Shown piece after piece: positions 32,992 to 42,674 of a stretch of DNA of 53,308 nucleotides. This DNA comes from a virus. A program made the position numbers and the translations under genes. The stretch spans positions 1-53,308 of the IMG/VR virus record IMGVR_UViG_3300005836_000021; one strand, given 5' to 3'. How positions within the stretch are numbered: the first letter of the stretch is position 1; each line of letters opens with the position of its first letter. The notes under the pieces are model-generated. The model saw nothing but the letters and a program-made list of their open reading frames with translations. It made no database searches and had not been told where the DNA came from.

Positions 32992-35436
32992 TTACTGCGT
33001 TTGCAACAGGCCATCGCGCATGGCCCGCTTCATGGTATACGGCAACCGCTCCATGGCCTGGATCAGCTTGTCCAACTTGCCCAGGGCCTGGTCGCCACTG
33101 AGCCCACGGCCACCCATGGCGCCCGCGATCTCGCCGGCCAAAACGTGGCCTTTGCCCTGTGGGATCACGGCCTCGGGCCCGTGCAGCAGCGTGGCGCTCT
33201 CGCTCCCGAAGTTCACGAAGTCCAGGCCCGGGGTACCTTCCTTGAAGCCCGCGGGCTGGGATCGGATCTTGTTCACGTTCGCCATGCCTGCGGCCAGCGC
33301 GGCAGCCACCGCGGGCAGGCTGGCAGGCCAGGGGATGCTGGCCATGGTCTTGGCGACGGCCATGTAGGTGCTGATCAAGGCGCCGGCGATGGCCGCCGAC
33401 TTGTGCTTGCCACCCAACGACCCGAGGATGCTGACCGTGGCGTCACCCCACCGCTCCATGGAATCCGTCATACCCAGGGTGGCCTTACCCGTGGCCTCCC
33501 GCTTGGCCTTTTCTGCTGCCACCCACGCGTCCTCCAGCTCCTTGGTGGTGTACAACTGGCTGGTCCTCATGGCGTCGTACAACTGCCGGGCGTTGTCCGC
33601 CGTAGTGGCCAGCTCCGACTGCTCCTTGAAGCCAGCCTGTTCCGCAGCACGCTCACGCCCCTTGTAACTGTTGGTGGCATCCTGCCGCATGCCGTCATAC
33701 TTTTGCTTGATCAAGGCGGCCAGCCGGGTGTACTCGGCGGTCTCGCCCTGGGTCATGGCCAACAGGTTCCTCAGTTCCAGGTCCTCGCTGGCCTTCAGGT
33801 CTGCCAGGCGCTTGGCCTGCCCTGCCAGGGCGTTGCCCGTGATCTGTCGCTGGAGGTTGAACTCCAGTTGCATGATCGCGTCCGTGGACGTGCGGGCAAT
33901 GCGCACCTGTGCCACATAGTGCTGATTGATGGCCGCCACCATTTTGGCGTACTCGTTGCCCTTGCCCCCGGTCAGCTCGCGGGCCTTGAGCAACTCCATG
34001 TTCTTTTCGTTTTCGATCTCTTGCAGGCGCTTGGCCATGCCCACCTTGCCGTCCAGGGCCACCTGCTGCTGCAACTTGAGCAGGGTTTCAGCAATCTGCT
34101 TCGCGTTCTTGATGCGCTTCTTGCTGATCTCCTCGTCAGCCCCGCCCAGGTCAATGATGGCCCGCTTGGTTCCCTCCGTGGCATGGGTTTGCGCACCCTG
34201 GGCATCAACCATGGCCTTTCGGGTGGTGACGATAACCCCGTTTACCTTGGCCAGCACCCCCAGTTGTTCCTGGCCGGACTTGAGTGCCGCCTGGCCTTGA
34301 GCTGTGAACCCACCAGCCAGCTCGCGGGTGCTGGTGGCCAGTTCCTTCATGGCCGCGACGTCTTCCTTGTGCACCCCGGAAATGGTGGGGCCCAACTTGG
34401 CCGCCACCTCACCCAGCTTCACCAGGCCGTCCATGGCCGTGGCAACGCCCAGCACCATGCCCGCGATGAACGCATTGAACGCGAAGTTGGCACCAGCCCA
34501 GGCCAGCACGAACTGGCCCGCACCAAACACCGCGGCCTGGGCCACGTACGTGGCCACGATGACCACCTTCTCGAGGGCATGCACCAGCAGGTCAATCAGG
34601 GTAGTTTGTGCCCCACCGAACGCCTTCTGGATGGCCGTGGCTGCGCTGTTCATGCCCGCCATAAGCACGGGGCTACGACTGATCCCAACGCCCAGGGCGT
34701 CGGTGAAGTTCTGCATGGCCGCCTTAGCCTGCTCCACCCGATCCCCAAAGCGGACCGCTTGGTCGTGACCCGTGCCCAGTTGCTTGTGCAGCACGCTGGT
34801 GACCGCGGCAGCGGTGGCGGCCGCCTTTTCGTGCGCAGTGAGTGCTTTGGCGTCCAGGCCATGCGCGTCCGCATACGCCTGAGCGGCCGCCTTGCCGTCC
34901 ACCATCAGGCCCAACTGCTTCAGGTGCGTGGTACGCCCCGTGGCGATGCTGTTGGTCAGGGTTTCGAAGGCCTCCTTGGCGTTGCCCCCCGTGCGCTCAG
35001 CCAACATTTTGGCCCCCTCGGCCAGGGTGCGCATGTCGGCCTCGCTGGTCTTGAGGCCGTACGACAGCATCTTGGTGCCCACCTGCATGAGGTCGAAGTC
35101 GGACACCGTGCCGCGCACACCCTCGCGCATGGCGCCCAGCATAACCTGGGCGGTGCTGCCGGCGGCCTCCGACATCTGGTGGAAGCCCTCAGCAACCTCG
35201 TCCACCCTAGTACCGCGTTCGCCCAGCTCCACCACCCCAACGACCACTTCCTTCAGCACGCTGATGGCTTCGCTGCCCCAATGTTCAATGGCGGCAGCGT
35301 TCACCACCGTGTTCAGGCCGCTAAGGTGCTCCTTGGTTTTGTCAGCCTCTTGGCGGACGCCCTCCATGGCGAACTTGTACTGCTTGTCGTCGACGGTGAT
35401 CTCCAGTACCGCCCGCCCGAGCTTTTCGTCAGCCAC
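32992..35436 (-). CDS. Tail tape measure protein (814 aa)
   Basis: Supported by its size, its position after the chaperones, and a long Ala/Gly/Lys/Glu-rich helical composition with hydrophobic segments. Confidence 0.8.
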   Translation of the reverse strand: MADEKLGRAVLEITVDDKQYKFAMEGVRQEADKTKEHLSGLNTVVNAAAIEHWGSEAISVLKEVVVGVVELGERGTRVDEVAEGFHQMSEAAGSTAQVMLGAMREGVRGTVSDFDLMQVGTKMLSYGLKTSEADMRTLAEGAKMLAERTGGNAKEAFETLTNSIATGRTTHLKQLGLMVDGKAAAQAYADAHGLDAKALTAHEKAAATAAAVTSVLHKQLGTGHDQAVRFGDRVEQAKAAMQNFTDALGVGISRSPVLMAGMNSAATAIQKAFGGAQTTLIDLLVHALEKVVIVATYVAQAAVFGAGQFVLAWAGANFAFNAFIAGMVLGVATAMDGLVKLGEVAAKLGPTISGVHKEDVAAMKELATSTRELAGGFTAQGQAALKSGQEQLGVLAKVNGVIVTTRKAMVDAQGAQTHATEGTKRAIIDLGGADEEISKKRIKNAKQIAETLLKLQQQVALDGKVGMAKRLQEIENEKNMELLKARELTGGKGNEYAKMVAAINQHYVAQVRIARTSTDAIMQLEFNLQRQITGNALAGQAKRLADLKASEDLELRNLLAMTQGETAEYTRLAALIKQKYDGMRQDATNSYKGRERAAEQAGFKEQSELATTADNARQLYDAMRTSQLYTTKELEDAWVAAEKAKREATGKATLGMTDSMERWGDATVSILGSLGGKHKSAAIAGALISTYMAVAKTMASIPWPASLPAVAAALAAGMANVNKIRSQPAGFKEGTPGLDFVNFGSESATLLHGPEAVIPQGKGHVLAGEIAGAMGGRGLSGDQALGKLDKLIQAMERLPYTMKRAMRDGLLQTQ

Positions 35437-35710
35437 GCTGCACCACCTTTATGCCCATGCCCTGCGGCAAAGGCCCCTTGACCACGGCCTCAGGCCCCAG
35501 CGCACGGCGCCACCGGCCCAACTGCTTCTCCGCCCAGTCGCCATTCGACCCCAACGCTGCACCCACCCCGCTCACGGATGCCCCGTACAAAGCCTCCTCG
35601 GCCTCCAGGCTGTCCATCATCTCCAGGCACGCCCGCACCATAACCACGGGCGTTTCCGCCAACCAGGCCCACGGGCTGCCACCGTAGAAACGAACCAGGC
35701 GTGGCACCAC
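35429..35710 (-). CDS. Tail assembly chaperone, gpT-like position (93 aa)
   Basis: It lies between the gpG-like gene and the tape measure, has its own GTG start with GGGGAGAGG upstream, and is in the -1 frame relative to the upstream gene. Confidence 0.45.
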   Translation of the reverse strand: MVPRLVRFYGGSPWAWLAETPVVMVRACLEMMDSLEAEEALYGASVSGVGAALGSNGDWAEKQLGRWRRALGPEAVVKGPLPQGMGIKVVQRG

Positions 35711-35721
35711 CTCTCCCCAGT

Positions 35722-36129
35722 CTACTGGCTTGCGCTCGCGGGGGGCAGGCTTTCCGTCGGGCCCGAGGATTCTGCCGCTGGTGCTGCTGGTGCTTCGGCT
35801 GGCTGCGGCTGCGCCTGCTGAAGCCCGGTAAAAGCCTGGACGATGTTCAGCTTGTGCTTGCTGTACAACACCCCCAGCACCTCGTCAGGCAACTGTGGCA
35901 GCAGCAGACGCACCAACCCGTCCACCAGCGCCTCCACGGCGGCCAGCTTTTCCTCGTTCAGGTCCGTGTCTGCCAGTATGGCGTACACCTGGCCCGCTTG
36001 CTTCACCACCCGGTGTTCCTCGAGCAGCGACAAGCTCTCGGGCGTGCGCAGGTTGTACGGGTGGCCATTGATGACCACCGTGGGGGGCACCGCTAGGGTG
36101 CTGAGGTTGAGGATTTCATTCTCGGCCAT
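35722..36129 (-). CDS. Tail assembly chaperone, gpG-like (135 aa)
   Basis: ATG 36129 follows AAGGGGAG. The protein is acidic with a Pro/Ala-rich tail and sits after the major tail gene. Confidence 0.5.
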   Translation of the reverse strand: MAENEILNLSTLAVPPTVVINGHPYNLRTPESLSLLEEHRVVKQAGQVYAILADTDLNEEKLAAVEALVDGLVRLLLPQLPDEVLGVLYSKHKLNIVQAFTGLQQAQPQPAEAPAAPAAESSGPTESLPPASASQ

Positions 36130-36294
36130 GGGTTCTCCCCTTCGCCTACCACCAAAAGTTTGATCCCCGCGGGGCATTCCAGCGCCACCAGCGCGGACTT
36201 CGCAAGGGCGAGCAGGGTGCGGTGCCGGCGGATCGCAGCCTTGTGTGCCTTGATCTCTGCCAGCAGCGCAACCCTAGCCCGCCCGTCCTGCACC

Positions 36295-36909
36295 TTACGT
36301 CCCGGGTTCGGTGTGCTGTGCCACCAGGCGCCCGAACTTCTCGTCGTCGCTGGTTGCGTCGGGGTCCTCGAGACCCATGAACTCCAGGGCCAGCGCGGCG
36401 GGCTTGCCCTTGGTGTACACGGCCTCGGGGTCGCCCACCTGCACGGCCACAGGGATCTCGTACTGCACGGTCCAGTCAGCGCCGTACGGGCTGGCCCCTG
36501 CCCCACGCACCAGCAGGGCACGTTGCGCCACACTGAGCCCACGGGTCAGGCCGAGAGTCTTATACCCCGCCGTGCCAACCCCCGCGGGAGTGGTGCTGAC
36601 CGTGTTGTAGTTGAGGGCGTTGGCGTACTGCTCCAGGCTGATGTCCGCCAGCTTGAAGCCAACCGAGATCTCCTCCTCGGTGCGGAACGACTTGCGGGCC
36701 GCGGTGCTGCCCAGGGGCTTGAAGTAGTCGACCTTGTCCTTGTGCTTGACGCTGACCCCGTCCTCGGTGTAGTTCAGGTCGCCACTGGTACCAACCAGCA
36801 CCCAGGGCGCAGTGGGGTCCTCGTCGATGGCGGGGAACGCGGTGCCCACCGGAGCGGTGTACACCTCGAACGGCGCCGCAACGATCTCGTATGGTGCGGT
36901 GTTGCTCAC
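36295..36909 (-). CDS. Major tail protein (204 aa)
   Basis: Supported by its position between the tail-completion genes and the chaperones, and by size and composition. Confidence 0.6.
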   Translation of the reverse strand: MSNTAPYEIVAAPFEVYTAPVGTAFPAIDEDPTAPWVLVGTSGDLNYTEDGVSVKHKDKVDYFKPLGSTAARKSFRTEEEISVGFKLADISLEQYANALNYNTVSTTPAGVGTAGYKTLGLTRGLSVAQRALLVRGAGASPYGADWTVQYEIPVAVQVGDPEAVYTKGKPAALALEFMGLEDPDATSDDEKFGRLVAQHTEPGT

Positions 36910-36911
36910 TT

Positions 36912-37493
36912 TTACCTCCTGCTCAGCGCGAACTGTATTTCGTGCTGAAGATTTTTCATCAAAGCCTCGGCCGCTACGGTTGCCCCGAGCGGGAGGAACT
37001 TCTCGAACACTTTCACAATGGACGGCCCAAACAGTTCGCGGATCGTCTCCCTGTTGACGGGCATGCCCCCGCGCTTGCTGGGCCTCCGGGTGAACCGCCC
37101 TGTGCGCTCAAAGACCCCGCGGTGGCCGCTGGGCATGGTGGAGATGAAAGCATGCTCGGCCCGCTGTTTGCCTCCCGGCAGGGTATATGTGACCCCACGG
37201 CCTTTGCCCCTGCTGGGTTCCGGCCCGCGGGCACGGAAGTCGATCAACGGGATGCGTTTGCCGGTGCACACCAACTGCACCCCCTGGTCAGCAAACCGCT
37301 GCGAGATTGCCTCCTTGATCTTACCCACAGGCAGGGCGGTATCCTGAACCATGGCGCGGGCCATAGCGGCCTCCGCAGTGGTTGCCGTACGTGCCAGGGC
37401 CCGTTTGAAGGTTTGCGGGAACCGTTTGCCCAGGGCGTCGATGCCAGCGCGCAGGTCCTCGTCGCGTAGTTGCACCCTCATGGATGGCCCCAC
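36912..37493 (-). CDS. Minor tail / tail-completion protein (gpZ-like)
   Basis: ...AFISTMPSGHRGVFERTG...RETIRELFGPSI resembles the prophage minor tail protein Z family (recollection only). Confidence 0.5.
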   Translation of the reverse strand: MGPSMRVQLRDEDLRAGIDALGKRFPQTFKRALARTATTAEAAMARAMVQDTALPVGKIKEAISQRFADQGVQLVCTGKRIPLIDFRARGPEPSRGKGRGVTYTLPGGKQRAEHAFISTMPSGHRGVFERTGRFTRRPSKRGGMPVNRETIRELFGPSIVKVFEKFLPLGATVAAEALMKNLQHEIQFALSRR

Positions 37494-37921
37494 CCCTCAC
37501 GATATTGCAGGGTGTATTCAACTTCCACCCCTACGAACTGGCTGCCCGCCTCCCGGTCCATTGGCACGGTGCTGCCGCGCTCGAGGCCCCTAGGGATCAG
37601 CGTTTTTCCCAGGTCATGGTCTTGTTCCACGGCCGTTTTCACGTCGGCGATTGCCGCCTCCTGCGTGGCCCAGGCGTCGGGGCCCGCCTTGACAATCACC
37701 TGCACCGCCACGGGCACAATCACGTGGGCGGCCTCGCCTTGGTACACCAGGCGGTCAGCGCGCACCACCACGGCCAGGCTAGCGTCAGGGTCGCTGTCGC
37801 CCAGCACGGGGTGCTCTCCCATGAACACCAAGGCCCCCGCGTCGGTGCTGTACCCGTTGGTCACAAGGATGCCTTGCAACCGGGTGCGCAATACCGTAAG
37901 GGCCGCCTGCCTGTTGCTCAT
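37478..37921 (-). CDS. Head-tail connector / tail terminator-like protein (147 aa)
   Basis: Position in the module. 16-nt overlap with the next gene. Confidence 0.45.
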   Translation of the reverse strand: MSNRQAALTVLRTRLQGILVTNGYSTDAGALVFMGEHPVLGDSDPDASLAVVVRADRLVYQGEAAHVIVPVAVQVIVKAGPDAWATQEAAIADVKTAVEQDHDLGKTLIPRGLERGSTVPMDREAGSQFVGVEVEYTLQYREGWGHP

Positions 37922-38244
37922 GTCACCTCGGGTACAACCAACAGCCTATGATGATCGAAGTCGATCCGTTCCGTCTCGTCTACGGTCCAGGCCACCAGGG
38001 GCCCGCCATCCTCCTCGGCCACTACTACCAAGGTGCCACGTGGCACCTGAGGCACCTCGCTTGCCGCCAGCGCCAGCAGCCGCTTCGGTTCCGCACGCCG
38101 GTAATCCTGCCCCGTTGGGTAGTCCACCGTCACAGGTGGCAGCCACACGGCCACCACCTGCACGGTGGGCCCCCCGGGAGGGGTTACGCTGGCGGGCAGC
38201 CCGAAAGCTGCCTGCGCTGCTGCAAACGAGGGCCTCAGATCCAC
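37918..38244 (-). CDS. Head-tail adaptor / head-completion protein (108 aa)
   Basis: It lies directly downstream of the capsid gene and has a 4-nt overlap with the next gene. Confidence 0.45.
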   Translation of the reverse strand: MDLRPSFAAAQAAFGLPASVTPPGGPTVQVVAVWLPPVTVDYPTGQDYRRAEPKRLLALAASEVPQVPRGTLVVVAEEDGGPLVAWTVDETERIDFDHHRLLVVPEVT

Positions 38245-38253
38245 GCGGGGCCC

Positions 38254-39270
38254 TTACGTGGCCAGTGTGACCTTGACCACCGCGCGGGGGCGGAGGCACA
38301 GGGCCAGGGGGTTCGACTGGGTGTGCAGCTTGGTGTAGCGGTTCAGCTCGTCGTCCACCACCACCTTCGCGTAGATGGGCAGGCCAACCGTGTTCACGGT
38401 TTCCTGGAAGTCCGCCGGCGCGAAATAGGTGCTGAAGATGTTGCTGCCCTCGGGGAACAGGTACGCTTCCGCATCGGGGAAGAAGGGGGTTCCGCCCGTG
38501 CTGCCGCGGTACTCCTCCCACGTGACCCCGCCGTACACGAACGAGCGGGCGTTGGCCTGCTGCTGAAGAAGCGACTGGGGGTCGGCGAAGCGCAGGGTCT
38601 TGACCACGCCCAGGTCCGCGCGCAGCGTGTCGAAGAAGTCCTTGCCGCAGAACGCCCGATACCCGCTGATGGGTTCGGCTCCCAGTTCGTTCTCGATGAG
38701 CCGCTGCAAGGCCACAACCTCCCCGCGCAGGTCGCCACCCTCGTCGGTGGTGCTGTTGGGGCTGACGGTGCCGGTCTGCTGCGCCACGTTGAACTCCGTG
38801 AACAGGTTGTGCAGCGTGCTGCCGTCAGCGTCCTTCACCAGGCCCTGGATGGCCCCCGCGCGCAGGTGCTCGAGCGTGACCTCGTGCATGGCACGCAGGT
38901 CCGTGAGCCGCTCATTCACGATCGCGCTGATGGCGTCGTTGCTGTTGGGGCTACCAAACGCACGCACGCCCTGGATCTCGTCGGCCAGGACCTTGCTTTC
39001 GCGCTCGAGGTGCGACACCACAAACGACCGGGCGGTGCGCTTCTGCGCGCCGATGGTGCTGCCAGGCCCGCCGCGGGGGCTGGTCTGGATCAGGGAGAGG
39101 CGGCCATCCTTTTCCTCGATCACGATCGTGGTCGTGGTGATGCCCCGCTCGCGGAACAGCCCAAGGGCGCCAATGCGCCCAGGCTTGTACGGCGCCTTCA
39201 GGATCGCGTCGGTCAGCGACGTGAAGCTGAAAGCGTCGTTCTTGAAGATGTCCAACGCCAACGATGCCAT
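38254..39270 (-). CDS. Major capsid protein, lambda gpE-like family
   Basis: 338 aa. LFRERGITTTTIVIEEKDGRLSLIQTSPRGGP fits the major-capsid-protein-E pattern. It follows a gpD-like gene. Confidence 0.8.
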   Translation of the reverse strand: MASLALDIFKNDAFSFTSLTDAILKAPYKPGRIGALGLFRERGITTTTIVIEEKDGRLSLIQTSPRGGPGSTIGAQKRTARSFVVSHLERESKVLADEIQGVRAFGSPNSNDAISAIVNERLTDLRAMHEVTLEHLRAGAIQGLVKDADGSTLHNLFTEFNVAQQTGTVSPNSTTDEGGDLRGEVVALQRLIENELGAEPISGYRAFCGKDFFDTLRADLGVVKTLRFADPQSLLQQQANARSFVYGGVTWEEYRGSTGGTPFFPDAEAYLFPEGSNIFSTYFAPADFQETVNTVGLPIYAKVVVDDELNRYTKLHTQSNPLALCLRPRAVVKVTLAT

Positions 39271-39317
39271 ATGTTAGCTCCTTTGCTGGGCCGCTAAGGC
39301 CCGCAGTTAACCCGCGG

Positions 39318-39689
39318 TCAGCCGCGGACCTTGATCCCAACGGCAAAGAGGTCGGCTGCGCCCAACACCGGGTCCGCGCCACCCCACACCAGATCCGCCC
39401 CGCGCACCTCGGCGGCGAAGTCGATCACGACCGCCTCGAAGTCGACGGGTGCCACGCTGCCGCTGTTGTCGAGCGGGGCGTAGTTGATGGCCTTGGCCGT
39501 ACCGCTGCCGTCCGTGTTGGCGTCGTCATACGGCACGTACTTGCCGCCGATGGTGAGCACGCCCAGCACCTGGCCAGGCTTGAGCAGTGTGGCCGCGGGC
39601 ACCGTGATAGTGACGGTGTCCCGGCTGATGGTGCCGTCCAGCTCCGTGAGGATGAACTCCCCGGTGTACTTCCCTTCGCTAAGGGCCAT
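39318..39689 (-). CDS. Head decoration protein (gpD-like)
   Basis: 123 aa, located between the protease and the capsid gene. Confidence 0.6.
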   Translation of the reverse strand: MALSEGKYTGEFILTELDGTISRDTVTITVPAATLLKPGQVLGVLTIGGKYVPYDDANTDGSGTAKAINYAPLDNSGSVAPVDFEAVVIDFAAEVRGADLVWGGADPVLGAADLFAVGIKVRG

Positions 39690-39700
39690 ACGTTTTCTCC

Positions 39701-40924
39701 TTAATGCTGCTGGTTACGCAGCCGATAAATCGCCTGTACGTCGATGGCCGGTGCCGCCCGCCGGGGGGCCCCGCCGTCCGGTCCCAGCCCGGCATTCACA
39801 ACCACTGCCGCGTCAACCTGGGCCGTTACTTCCGCCACCACAGCCTTCGCCTCGTCCACGCCCACTCCCGCCGCAACCAACCGAGCGGCCAGCTTGGGCT
39901 GATTGTACCGTTCGCCCAGAGCCGTGATGGTGCTGCATCGCAGCGCCTCCGCAGCCCGCTTGTCGCGTTCCACCTGTACCGCATGGGCAGCCTGTGCCTC
40001 GGTGGGCTTGATACCAACCAGGGCAGCAGTGAAAGCCACGTCAAGGCCCGCGCCTGCACACAGGGCCAGCACCTGCTCTGCCGACGCCTGCGCCTGAACC
40101 TGCGGCAGCACAGCCAAGGCTTCCGGAGCGTCTTCCACCTCTGCAATCGGCAGAGGGGTTTCCGGCGGGGGCGGCACAGGCGCCGGAGGTGGCTCCGGAG
40201 TCACACAAGCCACAGGGTCTTCAGCCAGGGGCGCCCCGGGGGTTTCCCGCGGGGCCAGCAAGGCATCGACCCGCGCCTTGAACTGTTCGGGCACCTTGAG
40301 GCCCAAGGTGGCGAACACCCTGGGGTCCAGACTGGCATTGGCTTGTGCGCCCTGCACCACCTCGTCGGCGAACCCGTTGGCCACGGCCTCGTCAGCGGTC
40401 ATCCAGGTTTCGGCATCCATCAAGGCGATCAGCTCCTTGTGTGCCAGCTTCGACTTCTGCCGGTAGGTGGCCACGATGGTATCACGGAAGGTGTCCAGGG
40501 TGTCGGCGGCCTTGCGCATTTCATCGGCGTTGCCCATGGCCATCGACCAGGGGTTGTGCACCATGATGATCGCGTTGTCCGCCACCTGCACCGGGGCGCC
40601 TGCCACCATAACCAAGGTGGCAGCGCTGGCCGCCATTCCGTCAACCAACACCTGCACCGTGCGGCCCTTGGCCTGTTGGTCGCGCAGCAGGTTATTGATC
40701 GCCATGGCCGCGGTCACGTCCCCGCCGGGGCTGTTGATACGCACCTTGATGTTCCGCACCTCGGCAGGCAGCGCCGACAGGTCCTCCGCAAACTGCTTCG
40801 CGGTCACCACACCCGGGCCCCCACCCATGTACTCGTCGAGGAAGTCGCCGATGAAGTCGAACAGCAGCACCTCCGCGGTGGGCTCGCCTGCCAGGTTCTT
40901 GATCGAATACCACGGCCTCATCAC
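39701..40924 (-). CDS. ClpP/S49-type prohead protease fused to a scaffold-like C-terminus (gpC-like)
   Basis: INSPGGDVTAAMAI...VDGMAASAATLV...IMVHNPW is the serine protease core. The C-terminal half is Ala/Pro-rich. Confidence 0.8.
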   Translation of the reverse strand: MMRPWYSIKNLAGEPTAEVLLFDFIGDFLDEYMGGGPGVVTAKQFAEDLSALPAEVRNIKVRINSPGGDVTAAMAINNLLRDQQAKGRTVQVLVDGMAASAATLVMVAGAPVQVADNAIIMVHNPWSMAMGNADEMRKAADTLDTFRDTIVATYRQKSKLAHKELIALMDAETWMTADEAVANGFADEVVQGAQANASLDPRVFATLGLKVPEQFKARVDALLAPRETPGAPLAEDPVACVTPEPPPAPVPPPPETPLPIAEVEDAPEALAVLPQVQAQASAEQVLALCAGAGLDVAFTAALVGIKPTEAQAAHAVQVERDKRAAEALRCSTITALGERYNQPKLAARLVAAGVGVDEAKAVVAEVTAQVDAAVVVNAGLGPDGGAPRRAAPAIDVQAIYRLRNQQH

Positions 40925-42459
40925 TCGCCTCCTGGCCCAGCCGGGGCAGGGGCAGGCGCCGCGCCCGCCACCTTTCCGCCCGGGGCAAACCTACCGTCGG
41001 AATCGTACTTGATGCCCAGGGCGTCCGCCCTCTGGGCGTCCACCTTTTGCTGGGCATCGATCAGCTCAGCGTCCTCGCCCTGCTCAGCCACCACGTCGGT
41101 GCGGCTGGTCAAACCACTACGGATGGCCGCATTGGCCGCCTGCACGTCTTGCACTGGGTGGATGTATGCCCACCCCTGAGGCATCCACTTTGCTGCCTGC
41201 CATGCGTCTGGGTTGGTCAGGTAGTCGGGCCCAAAGGGCAGGGCGCCGTCAAGGTACGCCCGGTCCATCCAGGCGGCCCACACCGGGCGGCACAACTGGA
41301 AGGCCACGGTCTCGTGCTGCTCTGCCATCACGTACCGCCGGAACTCGTGCAGGATCACACGCATGACCCGATCGTTCAACCCCGACATGTCGCCGGTGAG
41401 CACCTCGTAGGGCACCCCCGCAGCCGCGCACGCACTGCGCAACTGGGACTTCATGTACTCCACATAGCCCGTCTGCATGTCGGGCGGGTCGCTGAACGTA
41501 ACCTTCTCGCCTGCGTTCAGTTCCTGGAAGATGCCAGGCTGCAACCCCAACGTTGGGCGGTCCCCAGTGCCCTGGTTCCCTGCAATACCCTCTTGCCCCA
41601 GGATTGGCACCTCGCCCAGCACGTCAGTAGTGGGGTGCTCCAAAAAGGCCACAAACATGGCCGACAACTGCTGGCGCAGCAAGGTGGCGTCGTCGAACTT
41701 ATCCAGTTCCCGCAACCGGATCATAGCCTGCGTGAGGTGCGGCACGCCCCGCAACTGGCCGGCGCGCAGCGGCTTGAATACGTGCAGGATCTGCTCCGCG
41801 GGAATGCGCTTGACCACCCCCGGGTTCCAGTCGTTGATTTCCCCTGGCCGCTGGTCGTAAAAGTAGTACGCCACCCTTCGGCCAATGGCGTCCAGCTCGA
41901 TGCCGCCTTTGTAGTAGTTTCCATTGGGCGCAATGCCTGCCCAGTTCAACGGGCACATCTCTGGCTCCAGCACCTGCAACTGAAGCGACACGGCCAAGTT
42001 GTCCTTGGGCAACCGGGGGCGCAGTCGCACGAACACCTCACCAGCCTCCAACCAGCAGCGCACGGCCTGGGCCTGCTGGCCATACCACCCCTGGGTCCCG
42101 TCAGCGTCGCTGTGGTTGGCCCACGCAGCGAACAGGGCCTGGGCCTTCTCACGGAACGCAGGGTCGGGTGCCTGGCTGAGGGGCTTGATGCCGGTGCCCA
42201 CGATGTTGGTCACCAGCTTTGTGATAGCGCCCGACGCAAACCCATTGTTGCGCACGGCCTCACGGCTGCGGCGCCGCATGGCGTCGAGGTCGAACAGGAT
42301 CTGGTTCGGGGTTACGGTGGGGGCTCGCCAGCCCGCGGTGCGCCTGCCGTGGCTGCCAACCTCGTAGGTACTGGGACCCCCGATGATGTTCTTTGCCTTG
42401 CGGGTGGCCCCGCCACGGTGGCGCGGCTTGGCCTTGGTTGGAACAGGTGCAGTGGCCAT
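40921..42459 (-). CDS. Portal protein (lambda gpB family)
   Basis: 512 aa, located between the gpW-like gene and the protease. 4-nt overlap with the protease gene. Confidence 0.8.
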   Translation of the reverse strand: MATAPVPTKAKPRHRGGATRKAKNIIGGPSTYEVGSHGRRTAGWRAPTVTPNQILFDLDAMRRRSREAVRNNGFASGAITKLVTNIVGTGIKPLSQAPDPAFREKAQALFAAWANHSDADGTQGWYGQQAQAVRCWLEAGEVFVRLRPRLPKDNLAVSLQLQVLEPEMCPLNWAGIAPNGNYYKGGIELDAIGRRVAYYFYDQRPGEINDWNPGVVKRIPAEQILHVFKPLRAGQLRGVPHLTQAMIRLRELDKFDDATLLRQQLSAMFVAFLEHPTTDVLGEVPILGQEGIAGNQGTGDRPTLGLQPGIFQELNAGEKVTFSDPPDMQTGYVEYMKSQLRSACAAAGVPYEVLTGDMSGLNDRVMRVILHEFRRYVMAEQHETVAFQLCRPVWAAWMDRAYLDGALPFGPDYLTNPDAWQAAKWMPQGWAYIHPVQDVQAANAAIRSGLTSRTDVVAEQGEDAELIDAQQKVDAQRADALGIKYDSDGRFAPGGKVAGAAPAPAPAGPGGE

Positions 42460-42668
42460 CAGAACCCCTTGGTGGCAAAGCCCAGGGTCTGCTTCCTGTG
42501 CCCTACCGCTGCACGCAGTTGGGACGAAATGAACTCCTCCGCCTGCATCAACTGCGTGATGGACCTGTACGTGACCGATCGGTCAGCAAACTGAACGGTC
42601 TGTTCACCACGGGCGATGGCCAGGCGCACGCGGTCAAGGTCATCTTGCGTGTACGTGGGGTCAGCCAT
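42459..42668 (-). CDS. gpW-like head-tail joining protein (69 aa)
   Basis: Supported by its size, its position immediately upstream of the portal (1-nt overlap), and the sequence DLDRVRLAIARGEQTVQFADRSVTYRS. Confidence 0.6.
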   Translation of the reverse strand: MADPTYTQDDLDRVRLAIARGEQTVQFADRSVTYRSITQLMQAEEFISSQLRAAVGHRKQTLGFATKGF

Positions 42669-42674
42669 ACCGTA

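Noticed and set aside
29997-35481. Very long plus-strand ORFs (29997..32006, 669 aa; 31696..35481, 1261 aa) lying opposite the Dit and tape-measure genes
   Set aside because: They are antisense shadows in GC-rich DNA. The translations are dominated by Gly/Ala/Arg/Pro/His/Val with no recognisable motifs. The minus-strand frames give coherent structural proteins with overlap-coupled junctions.
35700-35790. Programmed -1 frameshift joining the gpG-like and gpT-like chaperone genes
   Set aside because: The downstream ORF is in the -1 frame and that frame is open across the end of the upstream gene. However, I found no canonical X_XXY_YYZ slippery heptamer (only ctg ccc ccc gcg), and the downstream ORF has its own GTG with GGGGAGAGG upstream. 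It is left as two genes. Mass spectrometry for a fusion product would settle it.
36093-36283. Small minus-strand ORF (about 63 aa, GTG start) between the major tail gene and the gpG-like chaperone
   Set aside because: It is only the tail of the off-frame track ORF 36093..36542, has a weak start context, and overlaps the chaperone start by about 37 nt. It cannot be supported without expression data.
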